64,000 bases of DNA from an uncultured Planctomycetia bacterium (GCA_964566255.1 CAZMID010000004.1:3441-67440), one strand, 5' to 3'. Counted from the stretch's first letter, positions 1 to 12,196 are shown. Program-made: numbers and translations. Notes: generated by a model not told the origin, from the letters alone.

Positions 1-1235
1 TTACAATGATGGCATGTAAGTTTTTTTGTATGAAAATGGTATGTTAAAGATACGCTGCACCTTTTACAAGTAATAACATAACCACATTTTCTGCAACTTA
101 TAAATGTAGAAAAACCTCTACGATTCAAAAAAAGTATTACTTGTTTTCCTTGGGAAATATCTTTTTCTATCCATGTCTTAAGCGGATGTGAAAAAATAGG
201 TAATTTTTTTGATCTGGTTAATTCCTCCCTCATGTCTACGATATTCACCTCAGGTAAAAGCTTAGAATCTATCCTCTCAGGTAACTCTACAAGTACATAT
301 AAACCTTTCCTCGCTTTATAAAAAGATTCTAAAGAAGGTGTAGCGCTCCCAAGTATGACACTTGCACCTGATATCTCAGCTCTTTTTATTGCAACATCCC
401 TTGCATTATATCTGGGAACATCTTCCTGCTTATAAGAAGTTTCATGCTCTTCATCTACAACTACTAAACCTAAATTCTTTACAGGTGCAAATATGGCTGA
501 TCTTGCACCTACTACGATATGTGCTTCTCCAGAACGAATCCTTTCCCATTCAGACATCCTTTTTGAACCTAAAAGCCTTGAATGAAGGACTGCAATACTA
601 TCTTTAAATCTTGCCTTAAAGCGTGCTACTGTTTGAGGTGTAAGTGAAATCTCAGGAACAAGTATTATACTTGATTTATTTAACTTTAAGGCATGTTCTA
701 TAGACTGCAAATAGACTTCTGTCTTTCCGCTTCCTGTTACACCGTGAAGTAAAAAAACCTTATGAATACTATCATCTATACATTTTTTTATTGCAGAAAG
801 AGCTTCTTTCTGCTCAGGTGTAGGAGATAAATTAGTGTCTGAACCATCTATAAATTCTATTTCAGATTCATCTGGTTCTTTTTTCTTTGTGTGGCGTTTT
901 GTTTTCGTAGATCGCTTCAAAACACTAGGAACTGCTGCAGAAAGCGCCTCTCCCCATGAAGAATAATAATATTCCGATATCCACTTTGTAAGTTTAAGCA
1001 TATGACTATCAAGCATAGAGGATTTATCAAGAGATTTTAGTATAGGTTTAACAGTGTTTAATTTGCATTCTGAAGAAAACCCTACCACATATCCTTTAAT
1101 ATTTTTATTTCCAAAAGATACCTCTACCAAATTCCCTATATCTATAGAGTCTTTTAATTCAGAAGGAACAGAATATGTAAAAGGTTTCTCTAGGGGACGG
1201 TTAAAAACAATATCTGCAAAATTCTTACTACTCAC
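1..1235 (-). CDS. priA: Primosomal protein N' (PriA helicase), 3' end outside window
   Basis: Missing from the ORF track because it has no stop in the window. Manual translation from GTG at 1235 (GTGA overlap with the UDG stop) gives FTYSVP, Walker A LHGVTGSGKTEVY, LVPEISLTPQ, DEEHETSYKQ, LGSATPSLES, LNRRGF and Zn-finger CRKC..CKRC..CHHC. Confidence 0.96.
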   Translation of the reverse strand, partial: MSSKNFADIVFNRPLEKPFTYSVPSELKDSIDIGNLVEVSFGNKNIKGYVVGFSSECKLNTVKPILKSLDKSSMLDSHMLKLTKWISEYYYSSWGEALSAAVPSVLKRSTKTKRHTKKKEPDESEIEFIDGSDTNLSPTPEQKEALSAIKKCIDDSIHKVFLLHGVTGSGKTEVYLQSIEHALKLNKSSIILVPEISLTPQTVARFKARFKDSIAVLHSRLLGSKRMSEWERIRSGEAHIVVGARSAIFAPVKNLGLVVVDEEHETSYKQEDVPRYNARDVAIKRAEISGASVILGSATPSLESFYKARKGLYVLVELPERIDSKLLPEVNIVDMREELTRSKKLPIFSHPLKTWIEKDISQGKQVILFLNRRGFSTFISCRKCGYVITCKRCSVSLTYHFHTKKLTCHHC

Positions 1236-1867
1236 AATAACTCCATTATCTTTTTCATGTCCTGCCAGACGAGTTTTTTATCCTTAGGATTGCGCAAAAG
1301 ATACGCAGGATGAAATGTCGGCATAAATCTTATACCTCTAAAACTATGCCAATTACCCCTTAACTTGCTTATTGAAATATTACTATTCAAAAGAGTCTGA
1401 CTTGCAAATTTTCCAAGACCGCAAATTATCTCTGGTTTTATATATTCTATTTGTTTATAAAGATAATCTAGGCAAAGAGGTATTTCTTCGGGTAAAGGGT
1501 TTCTGTTTTGAGGAGGTCTGCACTTTAAAATATTACATATATATACATCTTCTCTCTTCATGCCCATAGATTCTATTATCTTTGTTAAAAGCATTCCTGC
1601 ATCCCCAACAAAAGGACATCCCTGGATATCTTCTTCATGACCAGGTGCTTCTCCAACAAACATCAATCTTGCATGTATATTACCCTCGCCAAAGACGACT
1701 TTCTTTCTAGTATTTGATAAAGAACACTTCTTACAATCCAGAACCTGATTTTTTAATGATAAAATATTAGAATCTTTGCTCTTTAATGAAAAAAGATACT
1801 CAAAGATACCGCCTTCCTTTTCCATCTTAAAATAATTTTTTATATCTCTTAATAAATTCTCTGACAT
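1232..1867 (-). CDS. udg: Uracil-DNA glycosylase, family 4 (Fe-S)
   Basis: CKKC, VVFGEG, GEAPGxxED, PFVG, KCRPPQNR and TFHPAYLLR motifs. Confidence 0.93.
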   Translation of the reverse strand: MSENLLRDIKNYFKMEKEGGIFEYLFSLKSKDSNILSLKNQVLDCKKCSLSNTRKKVVFGEGNIHARLMFVGEAPGHEEDIQGCPFVGDAGMLLTKIIESMGMKREDVYICNILKCRPPQNRNPLPEEIPLCLDYLYKQIEYIKPEIICGLGKFASQTLLNSNISISKLRGNWHSFRGIRFMPTFHPAYLLRNPKDKKLVWQDMKKIMELL

Positions 1868-1873
1868 CTTATA

Positions 1874-2761
1874 TTAGGGCCTTGGATGAAACTTATGATG
1901 AATAGATTTAAGCCTATCTTTATTTACATGTGTATATATCTGCGTAGTCGATATATCAGAGTGCCCCAGCATCTCCTGAACCACCCTTAAATCAGCTCCT
2001 CTTTCAAGGATATGAGTTGCAAAAGAATGTCTCAAGCTGTGAGGTGTGATATCTTTTTTAATACCTGCAAGACGAGCATACTTTTTTATGGTCTTCCAGA
2101 ATGACTGACGCGACATAGGTTTACCCAACCTTGTAAGAAACAGAAAATTCGAAACCTTTTTCTTTAAAAAAGATGGCCTTGCCTTAGCTAAATACCTTAC
2201 TATACTCTCCTTTGCCTTCCTACCAAAAGGAATGATTCTTTCCTTGCCACCTTTTCCAAGACACTTTACAAAACCTACATCCATATTTACATCATTCATC
2301 TTTAAACTGATAAGTTCTGTCACTCTCATACCCGTAGCATACATAAGTTCTAATGATGCCTTGTCCCTTGTGCCCATAACATCTCTCACATTGGGAGATT
2401 TTAACAATAAATCGACTTCATCTATGCTCAAAGTGAATGGAAGTTTTTTCCAAAGCTTTGGAGATTCTATAACACTTGTAACATCTTCTTTTATTTTATT
2501 TTCCATTAGAAGAAATTTTAAAAAACTCTTTAGACATGCCAATTCTCTTGAGATAGAATTTGCAGAAAGCCCCCTATCTTTTTCAGAAAGCATGAAGGAA
2601 TTTACAGTCTGCCTTGACACCCTCTGGATAGAAGCTATATGTCGGGATTTGAGGTATTCAAAAAATCTCGCAAGATCTCTTTTATAGGAAGATAGGGTAT
2701 TACTGGCTAATCCTCTTTCTACGGAGAGATAATTTAAGAATTCTTCGATAAGTTCGTTCAT
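1874..2761 (-). CDS. xerD: Site-specific tyrosine recombinase XerD
   Basis: ERGLASNT, ELMYATGMRVTE, GKGGKER, HSLRHSFATH, LGHSDISTTQIYTHV and C-terminal HPR. Confidence 0.93.
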   Translation of the reverse strand: MNELIEEFLNYLSVERGLASNTLSSYKRDLARFFEYLKSRHIASIQRVSRQTVNSFMLSEKDRGLSANSISRELACLKSFLKFLLMENKIKEDVTSVIESPKLWKKLPFTLSIDEVDLLLKSPNVRDVMGTRDKASLELMYATGMRVTELISLKMNDVNMDVGFVKCLGKGGKERIIPFGRKAKESIVRYLAKARPSFLKKKVSNFLFLTRLGKPMSRQSFWKTIKKYARLAGIKKDITPHSLRHSFATHILERGADLRVVQEMLGHSDISTTQIYTHVNKDRLKSIHHKFHPRP

Positions 2762-3366
2762 GATATAAATGGATTGTTTGTCTTTTCATTGCCTATGGTG
2801 GAGCTGGGGCCGTGTCCAGGATAAATTACATATTTATCGCTAAGCGTAAATAGTTTTTCTTTTATGGAACTAACTATATCTTCTTCCGAACCATATGTAA
2901 AATCTGTCCTACCAATACCCTCACAAAAAAGTGTATCACCAGTAAAAATAACCCCATCTCCTTTCAAAGATATAGAACCAGGAGTATGTCCAGGCGTATG
3001 TAAGACCTCTAGAGTATATTTACCAATTTTTAAAATATCCCCTTCTTTCAAAAGCCTTGAAGCTGTCTTGGTCCTCATTAAAAATCCAAAACTACCTGAT
3101 AAGTTTTTTGAAGGATCCTGTAAGAACTCAGCATCTAAGCTATGTATCCAGACAGGTAAATTGAATTCACTGTCTGATGCAATATGATCTCCATGACCAT
3201 GGGTATTTATAACAGCTTTGGGATTTAACTTCTCAGTATCGATTATTTTTTTTATCTTTTTGTAATCTCCTCCTGGATCTATAATAAAAACCTCTTTAGT
3301 AGATTCATCTCCTGCTATATAACAATTTGTAGACATCATTCCTACAACAATAGTCTCAATAATCAT
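2758..3366 (-). CDS. MBL-fold metallo-hydrolase (glyoxalase II / YcbL-like)
   Basis: THGHGDH, HTPGHTPGS, FTGDTLF, GRTD and YPGHG motifs. Confidence 0.88.
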   Translation of the reverse strand: MIIETIVVGMMSTNCYIAGDESTKEVFIIDPGGDYKKIKKIIDTEKLNPKAVINTHGHGDHIASDSEFNLPVWIHSLDAEFLQDPSKNLSGSFGFLMRTKTASRLLKEGDILKIGKYTLEVLHTPGHTPGSISLKGDGVIFTGDTLFCEGIGRTDFTYGSEEDIVSSIKEKLFTLSDKYVIYPGHGPSSTIGNEKTNNPFIS

Positions 3367-3367
3367 A

Positions 3368-5868
<2,501 letters not shown>

Positions 5869-6150
5869 TCAGAATCTTATTTCAAATCCATTTAACTTAT
5901 CTATCGGCTCTTCCCACGTAACATCTGTATTATCGACATAATGATTTGGAAATTCCTTACTCATTTCATCCAGAAATCTCTTTAGTTTGCTTTCTTCACC
6001 CTCACAAACAACTTCTACATTGCCATCTCTTAAATTCTTGGCCCAACCAGCCAAGCCTAATTGAGATGCAACACTACGTGCAGTATATCTAAACCCTACA
6101 CCCTGAACTTTACCTGAATAAAGTATGTGAATACGTTTAATTAAAGTCAT
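5869..6150 (-). CDS. acyP: Acylphosphatase
   Basis: GKVQGVGFR and GWAKNLRDGNVE signatures, ends FEIRF. Confidence 0.93.
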   Translation of the reverse strand: MTLIKRIHILYSGKVQGVGFRYTARSVASQLGLAGWAKNLRDGNVEVVCEGEESKLKRFLDEMSKEFPNHYVDNTDVTWEEPIDKLNGFEIRF

Positions 6151-6156
6151 AAATCA

Positions 6157-6234
6157 TGGTCGGGGCGGACGGACTCGAACCGTCGACCTCTTGCTCCCGA
6201 AGCAAGCGCGCTAGCCAAACTGCGCTACGCCCCG
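6157..6234 (-). tRNA. tRNA-Pro (anticodon CGG), CCA encoded
   Basis: Minus strand CGGGGCGTAGCGCAGTTTGGCTAGCGCG-CTTGC-TTCGGGA-GCAAG-AGGTCGACGGTTCGAGTCCGTC-CGCCCCGACCA forms a full cloverleaf. Confidence 0.96.
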
Positions 6235-6240
6235 TGAATA

Positions 6241-7272
6241 TCAATCCAATTTTTGTATTTTTCTTTTCCGTTCCAGAGAATCTATCATTGAAAGCTTATT
6301 GCCAAACTTATCAAGGCGTTCTTCCGCCCTATCATAACTGGATTTGACATTTCCGATGTGTGAACCCATCTTATCAAAATCCACTCTAAATTTTTCAAGA
6401 GAAGTTTTTAAAGTAACTATTCTCTTTATAACTTCCTGGGTTTTTTCTTCTATGCCTAAACCTTTTAAGCCAAGAATAATAACCTGTAAATACGCATAAA
6501 AACTATTTGGGGAGACAGGAATTACCTTTTTGGATATAGCATGGGAGAATATGGATTTTTCACCTGCAAAATCATCATCTTTTATAACAGCTTCATAATA
6601 AACATTCTCAGCAGGTATATACATAAGAGCAAAATCATATGTATCCTCATCAGGAAGGATATATTTATCTGCAATAGAATTTATATGTTCTTTGAGGGAC
6701 TTTACAAATTCCTTTTTGGCGCGCTTTCTATCTACGTCGCTTGTAGCTTCTATAAAACGACTAAAGCTTTCCATGGGAAACTTTGAATCTACAGGTACTA
6801 ATTTTTTACCAATCTTTATTACGGCATCTACCCTTTCTCCGCTTTTAAATGAATACTGCAGTTCATAAAAATCCCTATCTGGCATTATCTGACTTAAAAG
6901 ATTATCTAAAAATAATTCTCCAAGTCCACCTCTCATTTTTGGAGCCCTTAAGATCTCCTGTAAACTAGATATATCCTTACCTACTTCATAGATCTGTTGT
7001 GTCCTTTGATCTAAGGAACCTAGACTCTCTCTAACCTCTCCAAAGACCCTAGTCGTATTATTAAGCTGCGAACCTACAGACGTACTCATATTATTTAACT
7101 GCTTTAAGATAAGATCTGTATTCTTTGAAAGGGTGTCGCTCCATTCAGAGCGGAGGACATTAATCTTTTCTTCATTTTCTCTTGAAGTAGAATCTTTACC
7201 TTTACGCGTTAAAAACACTACTAAAGTAATAGTTACAAAAATCCACACTACATTTATTAGTATAATATTCAT
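6241..7272 (-). CDS. rmuC: DNA recombination protein RmuC
   Basis: N-terminal TM and coiled coil, PKMRGGLGE, DSKFP, KYI..T.DFALMYIPAENVY, VSPNS; AGGAG RBS upstream. Confidence 0.92.
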   Translation of the reverse strand: MNIILINVVWIFVTITLVVFLTRKGKDSTSRENEEKINVLRSEWSDTLSKNTDLILKQLNNMSTSVGSQLNNTTRVFGEVRESLGSLDQRTQQIYEVGKDISSLQEILRAPKMRGGLGELFLDNLLSQIMPDRDFYELQYSFKSGERVDAVIKIGKKLVPVDSKFPMESFSRFIEATSDVDRKRAKKEFVKSLKEHINSIADKYILPDEDTYDFALMYIPAENVYYEAVIKDDDFAGEKSIFSHAISKKVIPVSPNSFYAYLQVIILGLKGLGIEEKTQEVIKRIVTLKTSLEKFRVDFDKMGSHIGNVKSSYDRAEERLDKFGNKLSMIDSLERKRKIQKLD

Positions 7273-7333
7273 GATAGTCTCCTTGTGGGCTATATTGGTT
7301 ATATTATACTAAAATATATAATGTTTGGGAAGT

Positions 7334-7960
7334 TTAAATATACTGGTACTTCTTAAGAAGATGTTGTAAATCTGTCTTTTGGGCGTGACGAGCTAGGTAT
7401 TTTGAAAGGATGTCTATCTCTACGTTAAGTAAATCACCCTTTTTCTTATTGCTAAAGGTCGTTATCTTAAGAGTGTGTGGTATTAAATATACTGTAAAAC
7501 TCTTTTTTTCCACTTTGACTACTGTCAAACTCACTCCATCTAAAGCAATAGAACCTTTTTCTGCTACTAAATTTGAAAATTCCTCTGGTAAAAACACTTT
7601 AAAGCCTGTACCTTCTGAACCTTTTAAAATCTTCTCTATCCTAGCTTTATAATCTATGTGACCAGAGACAAAATGACCTCCTATTTTAGAGTCTACCTTC
7701 AAGCTTCTCTCTAAGTTGATAGAATCTCCTATCTTTAACTCTGAAAGCGTAGTCTTTTTAAGGGATTCTTTTATAACATCAAAACTAAGAAATTTTTCTT
7801 TTATATCAGTAACACTTAAGCATACACCACTTACAGCTATGCTATCTCCTAATTTTACATCCACAGAAACACTATCTGCCTTTATTCTAAGAGAAACACC
7901 TTCTCTCGTCTTATTTATAGCTATAACAATACCTTTTTCTTCAATTATTCCTGTAAACAT
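7334..7960 (-). CDS. ribE: Riboflavin synthase (alpha chain)
   Basis: Diagnostic MFTGII N-terminus (start placed at 7960), GVCL, GGHFVSGHID, KGSIALDGVSLT. Confidence 0.96.
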   Translation of the reverse strand: MFTGIIEEKGIVIAINKTREGVSLRIKADSVSVDVKLGDSIAVSGVCLSVTDIKEKFLSFDVIKESLKKTTLSELKIGDSINLERSLKVDSKIGGHFVSGHIDYKARIEKILKGSEGTGFKVFLPEEFSNLVAEKGSIALDGVSLTVVKVEKKSFTVYLIPHTLKITTFSNKKKGDLLNVEIDILSKYLARHAQKTDLQHLLKKYQYI

Positions 7961-9050
7961 AACCACCTACCAATATATCTTCTCCGATTTTTTCAATCTT
8001 TATATCTTTTAATTTTAAAGATTTTCTGACTTTATCAACACCCTTTCCTTCAACTGAAGTAATAGCATTCTTTCCACCAATTATCTTAGGGGATATAAAA
8101 AATAAAACTCTATCTACAAAGCCTCCTTCTATAAAACCTGCTAGGGTCTGACCCCCTCCTTCTACCAATAAATGACTAATCTCAAGTTCAGCTAATTCCT
8201 TTAAAAGAAATCTCAAGTCAATCTTACTATTTTTACTAGGACAAGTTATAACTAAAATACCTCTTTTATTTAAACGTTTAATCTTTTCTAAAATATCTTT
8301 ATCATCCAAAGGTTCTTTTAAAATAACAATGATATTTAAACTAGGAGAATATTTTGAGAAAATCTTTGCTTTTTCAGGAGTCTTTAAATTAGGATCCAAT
8401 ATAACTTTAATAGGCGACTGAGATCTCCTAGAAGTAAGTAAGGGATTATCTTTTATAACAGTGTTAATCCCGACGAGGATAGCATCTACTTCACTGCGTA
8501 ACTTATGAGAATAATCTCTAGACTCATCAGAAGTTATCCATTTTGAATCGTAAATTTTAGTAGCAATCTTCCCGTCTAAAGATTCTGCAGCCTTTAATGT
8601 TACAAAGGGCATTTTTTTTGTTATATATTTTATAAAAACTTCATTTAGCTTTTCAGCATCTTTTTTTAATAACCCGACCTTAACATCAATATTATTTTTC
8701 TTTAGTATTTTTATGCTGCGGCCATTATTTAAAGGATTGGGATCTATCATTGCACAATAAACACGCTTTATTTTGCTTTTTATAATGCTATCAGTGCAAG
8801 CAGGAGTCCTTCCTGTATGACTACATGGTTCAAGATTAACATATAAAGTAGCACCTTTTGCTTTTTTACCAGCTTCTTTTAAAGCAATCGCCTCTGCATG
8901 TAAACTACCTATCCTCTTATGATAACCACAAGATATAACCTTTCCGTTCTTCACTACTACAGCACCTACCATAGGATTAGGACTAGTGGAGGATTTTCCT
9001 TTTCTAGCTAACTCCAAACACATTCTCATAAAAAATTCATGTTTATTCAT
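7941..9050 (-). CDS. ribD: Bifunctional diaminohydroxyphosphoribosylaminopyrimidine deaminase / reductase
   Basis: PNPMVG, HAE, LEPCSHTGRTPAC, SLDGKIA and VEGG motifs. Confidence 0.97.
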   Translation of the reverse strand: MNKHEFFMRMCLELARKGKSSTSPNPMVGAVVVKNGKVISCGYHKRIGSLHAEAIALKEAGKKAKGATLYVNLEPCSHTGRTPACTDSIIKSKIKRVYCAMIDPNPLNNGRSIKILKKNNIDVKVGLLKKDAEKLNEVFIKYITKKMPFVTLKAAESLDGKIATKIYDSKWITSDESRDYSHKLRSEVDAILVGINTVIKDNPLLTSRRSQSPIKVILDPNLKTPEKAKIFSKYSPSLNIIVILKEPLDDKDILEKIKRLNKRGILVITCPSKNSKIDLRFLLKELAELEISHLLVEGGGQTLAGFIEGGFVDRVLFFISPKIIGGKNAITSVEGKGVDKVRKSLKLKDIKIEKIGEDILVGGYVYRNN

Positions 9051-9051
9051 A

Positions 9052-9876
9052 TTATTTACTAGCTTCTTTTATCTTATCAACCAATTCATAAGGAATTTTT
9101 ACACTACCTAGTAAAACTTCTTTTTTACCCAGTCCATGACAATCTGATCCACCGCTTATAAGTAAACTATATTTTTCAGCTAATTCTTTGAACTTATTTT
9201 CATCAGAAGAGGTATGATTATAATAATATGCTTCTATACCCTGTATGCCATCTTCGATTAACATTTTTAAAGCTTTATCTACATCCATGCGAATCGTCTT
9301 TGGATGTGCTAAAACAGCGACACCGCCAACACGCTTTATCATACTTACTGCCTCTTTGGGAGATAATTTAAACTTTTTAACATAACAAGATCCATTATCT
9401 CCTAGATATTTTCTGAAGGCCTCTTCTATAGATCCAACATGCCCTTTTTTAGCTAAAAACTGTGCTATATGTAACCTACCCACAGAACCAAACCCACTAA
9501 ATTCAAAGAATTCTTTCTCTGAAACATCCATCCCATGCTCTCTTAACTTTTCTAATATTTTCTTTGCCCTATTTCTTCTTACGGCTGAGATTTCTTCTAG
9601 TTTTTTAATAAAAGTAAGGTCTTTCCAATCTACAAAATACCCCAGGATATGCGCCTCTACTCCATTGAATTCTGCACTCATCTCTACTCCTGATATAACT
9701 TCTATACCAAGATCTTTTGCTGTTGCAATGGCCCGTTCAATTCCAGAACAAGAGTCATGATCTGTTATTGCTATTGCAGAAAGTCCTCTTTCCTTCGAAT
9801 GCTTTACTGCATCTTCAGGCGAAAAGGTCCCATCTGAAAAATAAGTATGAACATGTAAATCAGCTACTTTTTGCAT
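9052..9876 (-). CDS. PHP-domain phosphoesterase (TrpH/YciV-like)
   Basis: DLHVHTYFSDG, AITDHD, GVEMS, HILGY, LAHP and GGSDCHG motifs. Confidence 0.88.
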   Translation of the reverse strand: MQKVADLHVHTYFSDGTFSPEDAVKHSKERGLSAIAITDHDSCSGIERAIATAKDLGIEVISGVEMSAEFNGVEAHILGYFVDWKDLTFIKKLEEISAVRRNRAKKILEKLREHGMDVSEKEFFEFSGFGSVGRLHIAQFLAKKGHVGSIEEAFRKYLGDNGSCYVKKFKLSPKEAVSMIKRVGGVAVLAHPKTIRMDVDKALKMLIEDGIQGIEAYYYNHTSSDENKFKELAEKYSLLISGGSDCHGLGKKEVLLGSVKIPYELVDKIKEASK

Positions 9877-10274
9877 TCTTTATCCCTAATCTTGTCCAAA
9901 ATCCCATTCACAAACTTCCCGGAATCCACATCTCCGTATTTTTTTGCAAGGTCTATTGCCTCATTTATGGAAACCTTATAAGGTATATCATCCATATGAA
10001 GAAGCTCAAATACACCCATACGTAAGACATTTTTATCTATAACAGCCATTCTTTTGATTTCCCAGTTGTCTGCATAGCTTGAAATAACTTCATCTATCTT
10101 TGAACAGTTATCTAAAGTTCCCTTTGCAAGAAGATTTGCAAAATCCTTTACTTCTTTACTAGCATCTTCCCTTTTCCAAAAATCCTCTATGCTGGATTCT
10201 AAGGGTTCCCTAGAAATTTCAACTCTATAGAGGATCTTTAATGCGCATTCTCTCGCTAATGTACGTTTACGCAT
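9864..10274 (-). CDS. nusB: Transcription antitermination factor NusB
   Basis: R-rich RKRTLARE, NW..RM...D..VLR, INEAIDLAKKYG, FVNGILD. Confidence 0.96.
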   Translation of the reverse strand: MRKRTLARECALKILYRVEISREPLESSIEDFWKREDASKEVKDFANLLAKGTLDNCSKIDEVISSYADNWEIKRMAVIDKNVLRMGVFELLHMDDIPYKVSINEAIDLAKKYGDVDSGKFVNGILDKIRDKECKK

Positions 10275-10276
10275 AT

Positions 10277-10741
10277 TTAGAACTCATCCACTAGATTTGC
10301 CATCTCAATTGCAGATAAAGCTGCGTCACGACCTTTATTACCTTCTTTTGTTCCTGCTCTTTCTATTGCCTGGTCAAGTGAATCAGCTGTTATGATCCCA
10401 AATATTGCAGGTACTCCTGTATTAAAAGATACATATGAAATACCTTTGGCTGCTTCTGAGGCAATATAATCAAAATGAGGTGTTGAACCTCTTATTACAG
10501 TACCCAAACATATTACTGCATCGTATTTTTTAGACTTTGCCATACGCTGCGCTAATAAAGGTATCTCAAATGCTCCTGGAACCCATGCAACTTCTACATC
10601 GTTTTCCTTTACTCCATGTCGCAAAAGTGTATCAGTGCAACCTTCCATAAGACGATTCGTTATAAAATCATTGAATCTGGAAGCAATTATACCGAACTTC
10701 TTACCTTTTGCAATCAGTTGACCTTGAATGGTTTTTACCAT
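10277..10741 (-). CDS. ribH: 6,7-dimethyl-8-ribityllumazine synthase
   Basis: [33 protein letters not shown] and NKG motifs. Confidence 0.97.
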   Translation of the reverse strand: MVKTIQGQLIAKGKKFGIIASRFNDFITNRLMEGCTDTLLRHGVKENDVEVAWVPGAFEIPLLAQRMAKSKKYDAVICLGTVIRGSTPHFDYIASEAAKGISYVSFNTGVPAIFGIITADSLDQAIERAGTKEGNKGRDAALSAIEMANLVDEF

Positions 10742-11961
10742 CCTACACCTCCTTTTTTAGTTACCCTAAGTAATTTATGTCCCATTTTCTCCTTTTTAGT
10801 CCTAAGATATCTTTTATTTGTATGCGTTGGTTCTGTCTCTAAAGGAACTCTTTCTGCTACCTTAAGACCATATCCTTCGATACCTACGATCTTCTTTGGA
10901 TTATTTGTCATAAGAAGTATCTTTTTTAAACCAAGATCTACAAGTATTTGTGCACCTATACCATAATCTCTTAAATCTGGCTTAAAACCAAGCGCCTCAT
11001 TGGCTTCTACAGTATCAAGGCCTTTATCCTGTAAAGCATAGGCCTTAATCTTATTCATAAGGCCAATACCTCTTCCTTCCTGTCTCATATAAAGTAGAAC
11101 TCCTCTTCCTTTTTCAGAGATATTTTTCATTGCCTGATGAAGCTGCTCTCCACAGTCACATCTTTTTGAACCAAAGATATCTCCTGTAAGACATTCTGAA
11201 TGAACCCTAACAAATACTTCTCTATTTCCAGAGACGTCTCCTTTTACAAGAGCTATATGATGAGATTTATCTATACTAGATTCGTAAAGATACATCTTGA
11301 ATATACCAAATTCTGTGGGGAGTTGAGTTGAAACAATACGAGTTACTAATTTTTCTGAACGCCTTCTATATTCTATAAGGTCTCTAGTAGTACAAATCTT
11401 AAGATTGTGCCTTTTTGAAAACTTTACTAGATCAGGCATTCTGGACATAGAACCGTCTTCATTTATTATCTCGCATATAACACCTGCAGGGTAAAGTCCT
11501 GATAATTTCATGAGGTCTACGCATGCCTCTGTATGTCCCGCACGCGTTAAGACTCCTCCTTCTTTTGCTCTAAGAGGAAATACATGCCCTGGCCTAACTA
11601 AATCATCTGGTTTTGTCTTAGGATTTATAAGAGTCTTTACAGTAATTGCACGATCATGTGCAGATATACCTGTCCTTACCCCATCCCTAGCATCTATAGA
11701 AATTGTCCAAGCAGTTTTAAAAGGATCTTCATTGCTTTCAAACATGGGATGTAATCCCAGTTCATCTAAGCGTTTTGCCTCCATAGGAGAACAAACAAGG
11801 CCTCTACCATGCTTTATCATGAAATTTATTGCCTCATGGTCAGTAAATTCTGCTGCAATGACAAGATCCCCTTCATTCTCTCGATCTTCGTCATCCACAA
11901 CAACGATCATCCTGCCTTTTTTTAAATCCTTTAGGACTTCTGGTATTGTGTTGAATTTCAT
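10735..11961 (-). CDS. ribBA: Bifunctional 3,4-dihydroxy-2-butanone-4-phosphate synthase / GTP cyclohydrolase II
   Basis: [46 protein letters not shown]. Start placed at ATG 11961 with a GGAG RBS; the ORF-track extension to 12039 reads through the riboswitch terminator. Confidence 0.97.
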   Translation of the reverse strand: MKFNTIPEVLKDLKKGRMIVVVDDEDRENEGDLVIAAEFTDHEAINFMIKHGRGLVCSPMEAKRLDELGLHPMFESNEDPFKTAWTISIDARDGVRTGISAHDRAITVKTLINPKTKPDDLVRPGHVFPLRAKEGGVLTRAGHTEACVDLMKLSGLYPAGVICEIINEDGSMSRMPDLVKFSKRHNLKICTTRDLIEYRRRSEKLVTRIVSTQLPTEFGIFKMYLYESSIDKSHHIALVKGDVSGNREVFVRVHSECLTGDIFGSKRCDCGEQLHQAMKNISEKGRGVLLYMRQEGRGIGLMNKIKAYALQDKGLDTVEANEALGFKPDLRDYGIGAQILVDLGLKKILLMTNNPKKIVGIEGYGLKVAERVPLETEPTHTNKRYLRTKKEKMGHKLLRVTKKGGVGW

Positions 11962-11973
11962 TATCGACTCCTT

Positions 11974-12006
11974 AAAAATAAAAAACCCGAAGGTTACTCT
12001 TCGGGT
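11974..12006 (-). terminator. Intrinsic terminator (expression platform of the FMN riboswitch)
   Basis: Minus strand ACCCGAAG-AGTAAC-CTTCGGGT hairpin followed by TTTTTATTTTT, between the aptamer and the ribBA RBS. Confidence 0.9.
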
Positions 12007-12027
12007 ATAAAGGATTATATCCTTATC

Positions 12028-12140
12028 ATCTTCTCCCATCTAGCCTTTTACTATCGGTCCCGGAATTGCGCCGGGTCTGCCCTTTAATAGAGCTCGCGGA
12101 CTTTACCGCCGGTGGGGAATTTCACCCTCTCCCGAAGATC
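12028..12140 (-). ncRNA. FMN riboswitch (RFN element)
   Basis: Minus strand GATCTTCGGGAGAGGGTGAAATTCCCCACCGGCGGTAAAGTCCGCGA...GACCCGGCGCAATTCCGGGACCGATAGTAAAAGGCTAGATGGGAGAAGAT follows the RFN consensus and sits upstream of rib genes. Confidence 0.96.
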
Positions 12141-12156
12141 AAATTTTATTAGAATT

Positions 12157-12185
12157 ATTATAACAAACTACAAAATACCTGTCAA
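12157..12185 (-). promoter_or_regulatory. Sigma70-type promoter of the rib operon
   Basis: Perfect TTGACA (12185-12180), 17 bp spacer and TATAAT (12162-12157), just upstream of the aptamer. Confidence 0.9.
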
Positions 12186-12196
12186 TAGCTATTAAA

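Noticed and set aside
6156-6347. Plus-strand 63-aa ORF MVGADGLEPSTS
   Set aside because: Classic antisense translation of a tRNA gene
11962-12039. 26-aa N-terminal extension of RibBA
   Set aside because: It runs through the riboswitch terminator; the ATG at 11961 has a proper RBS
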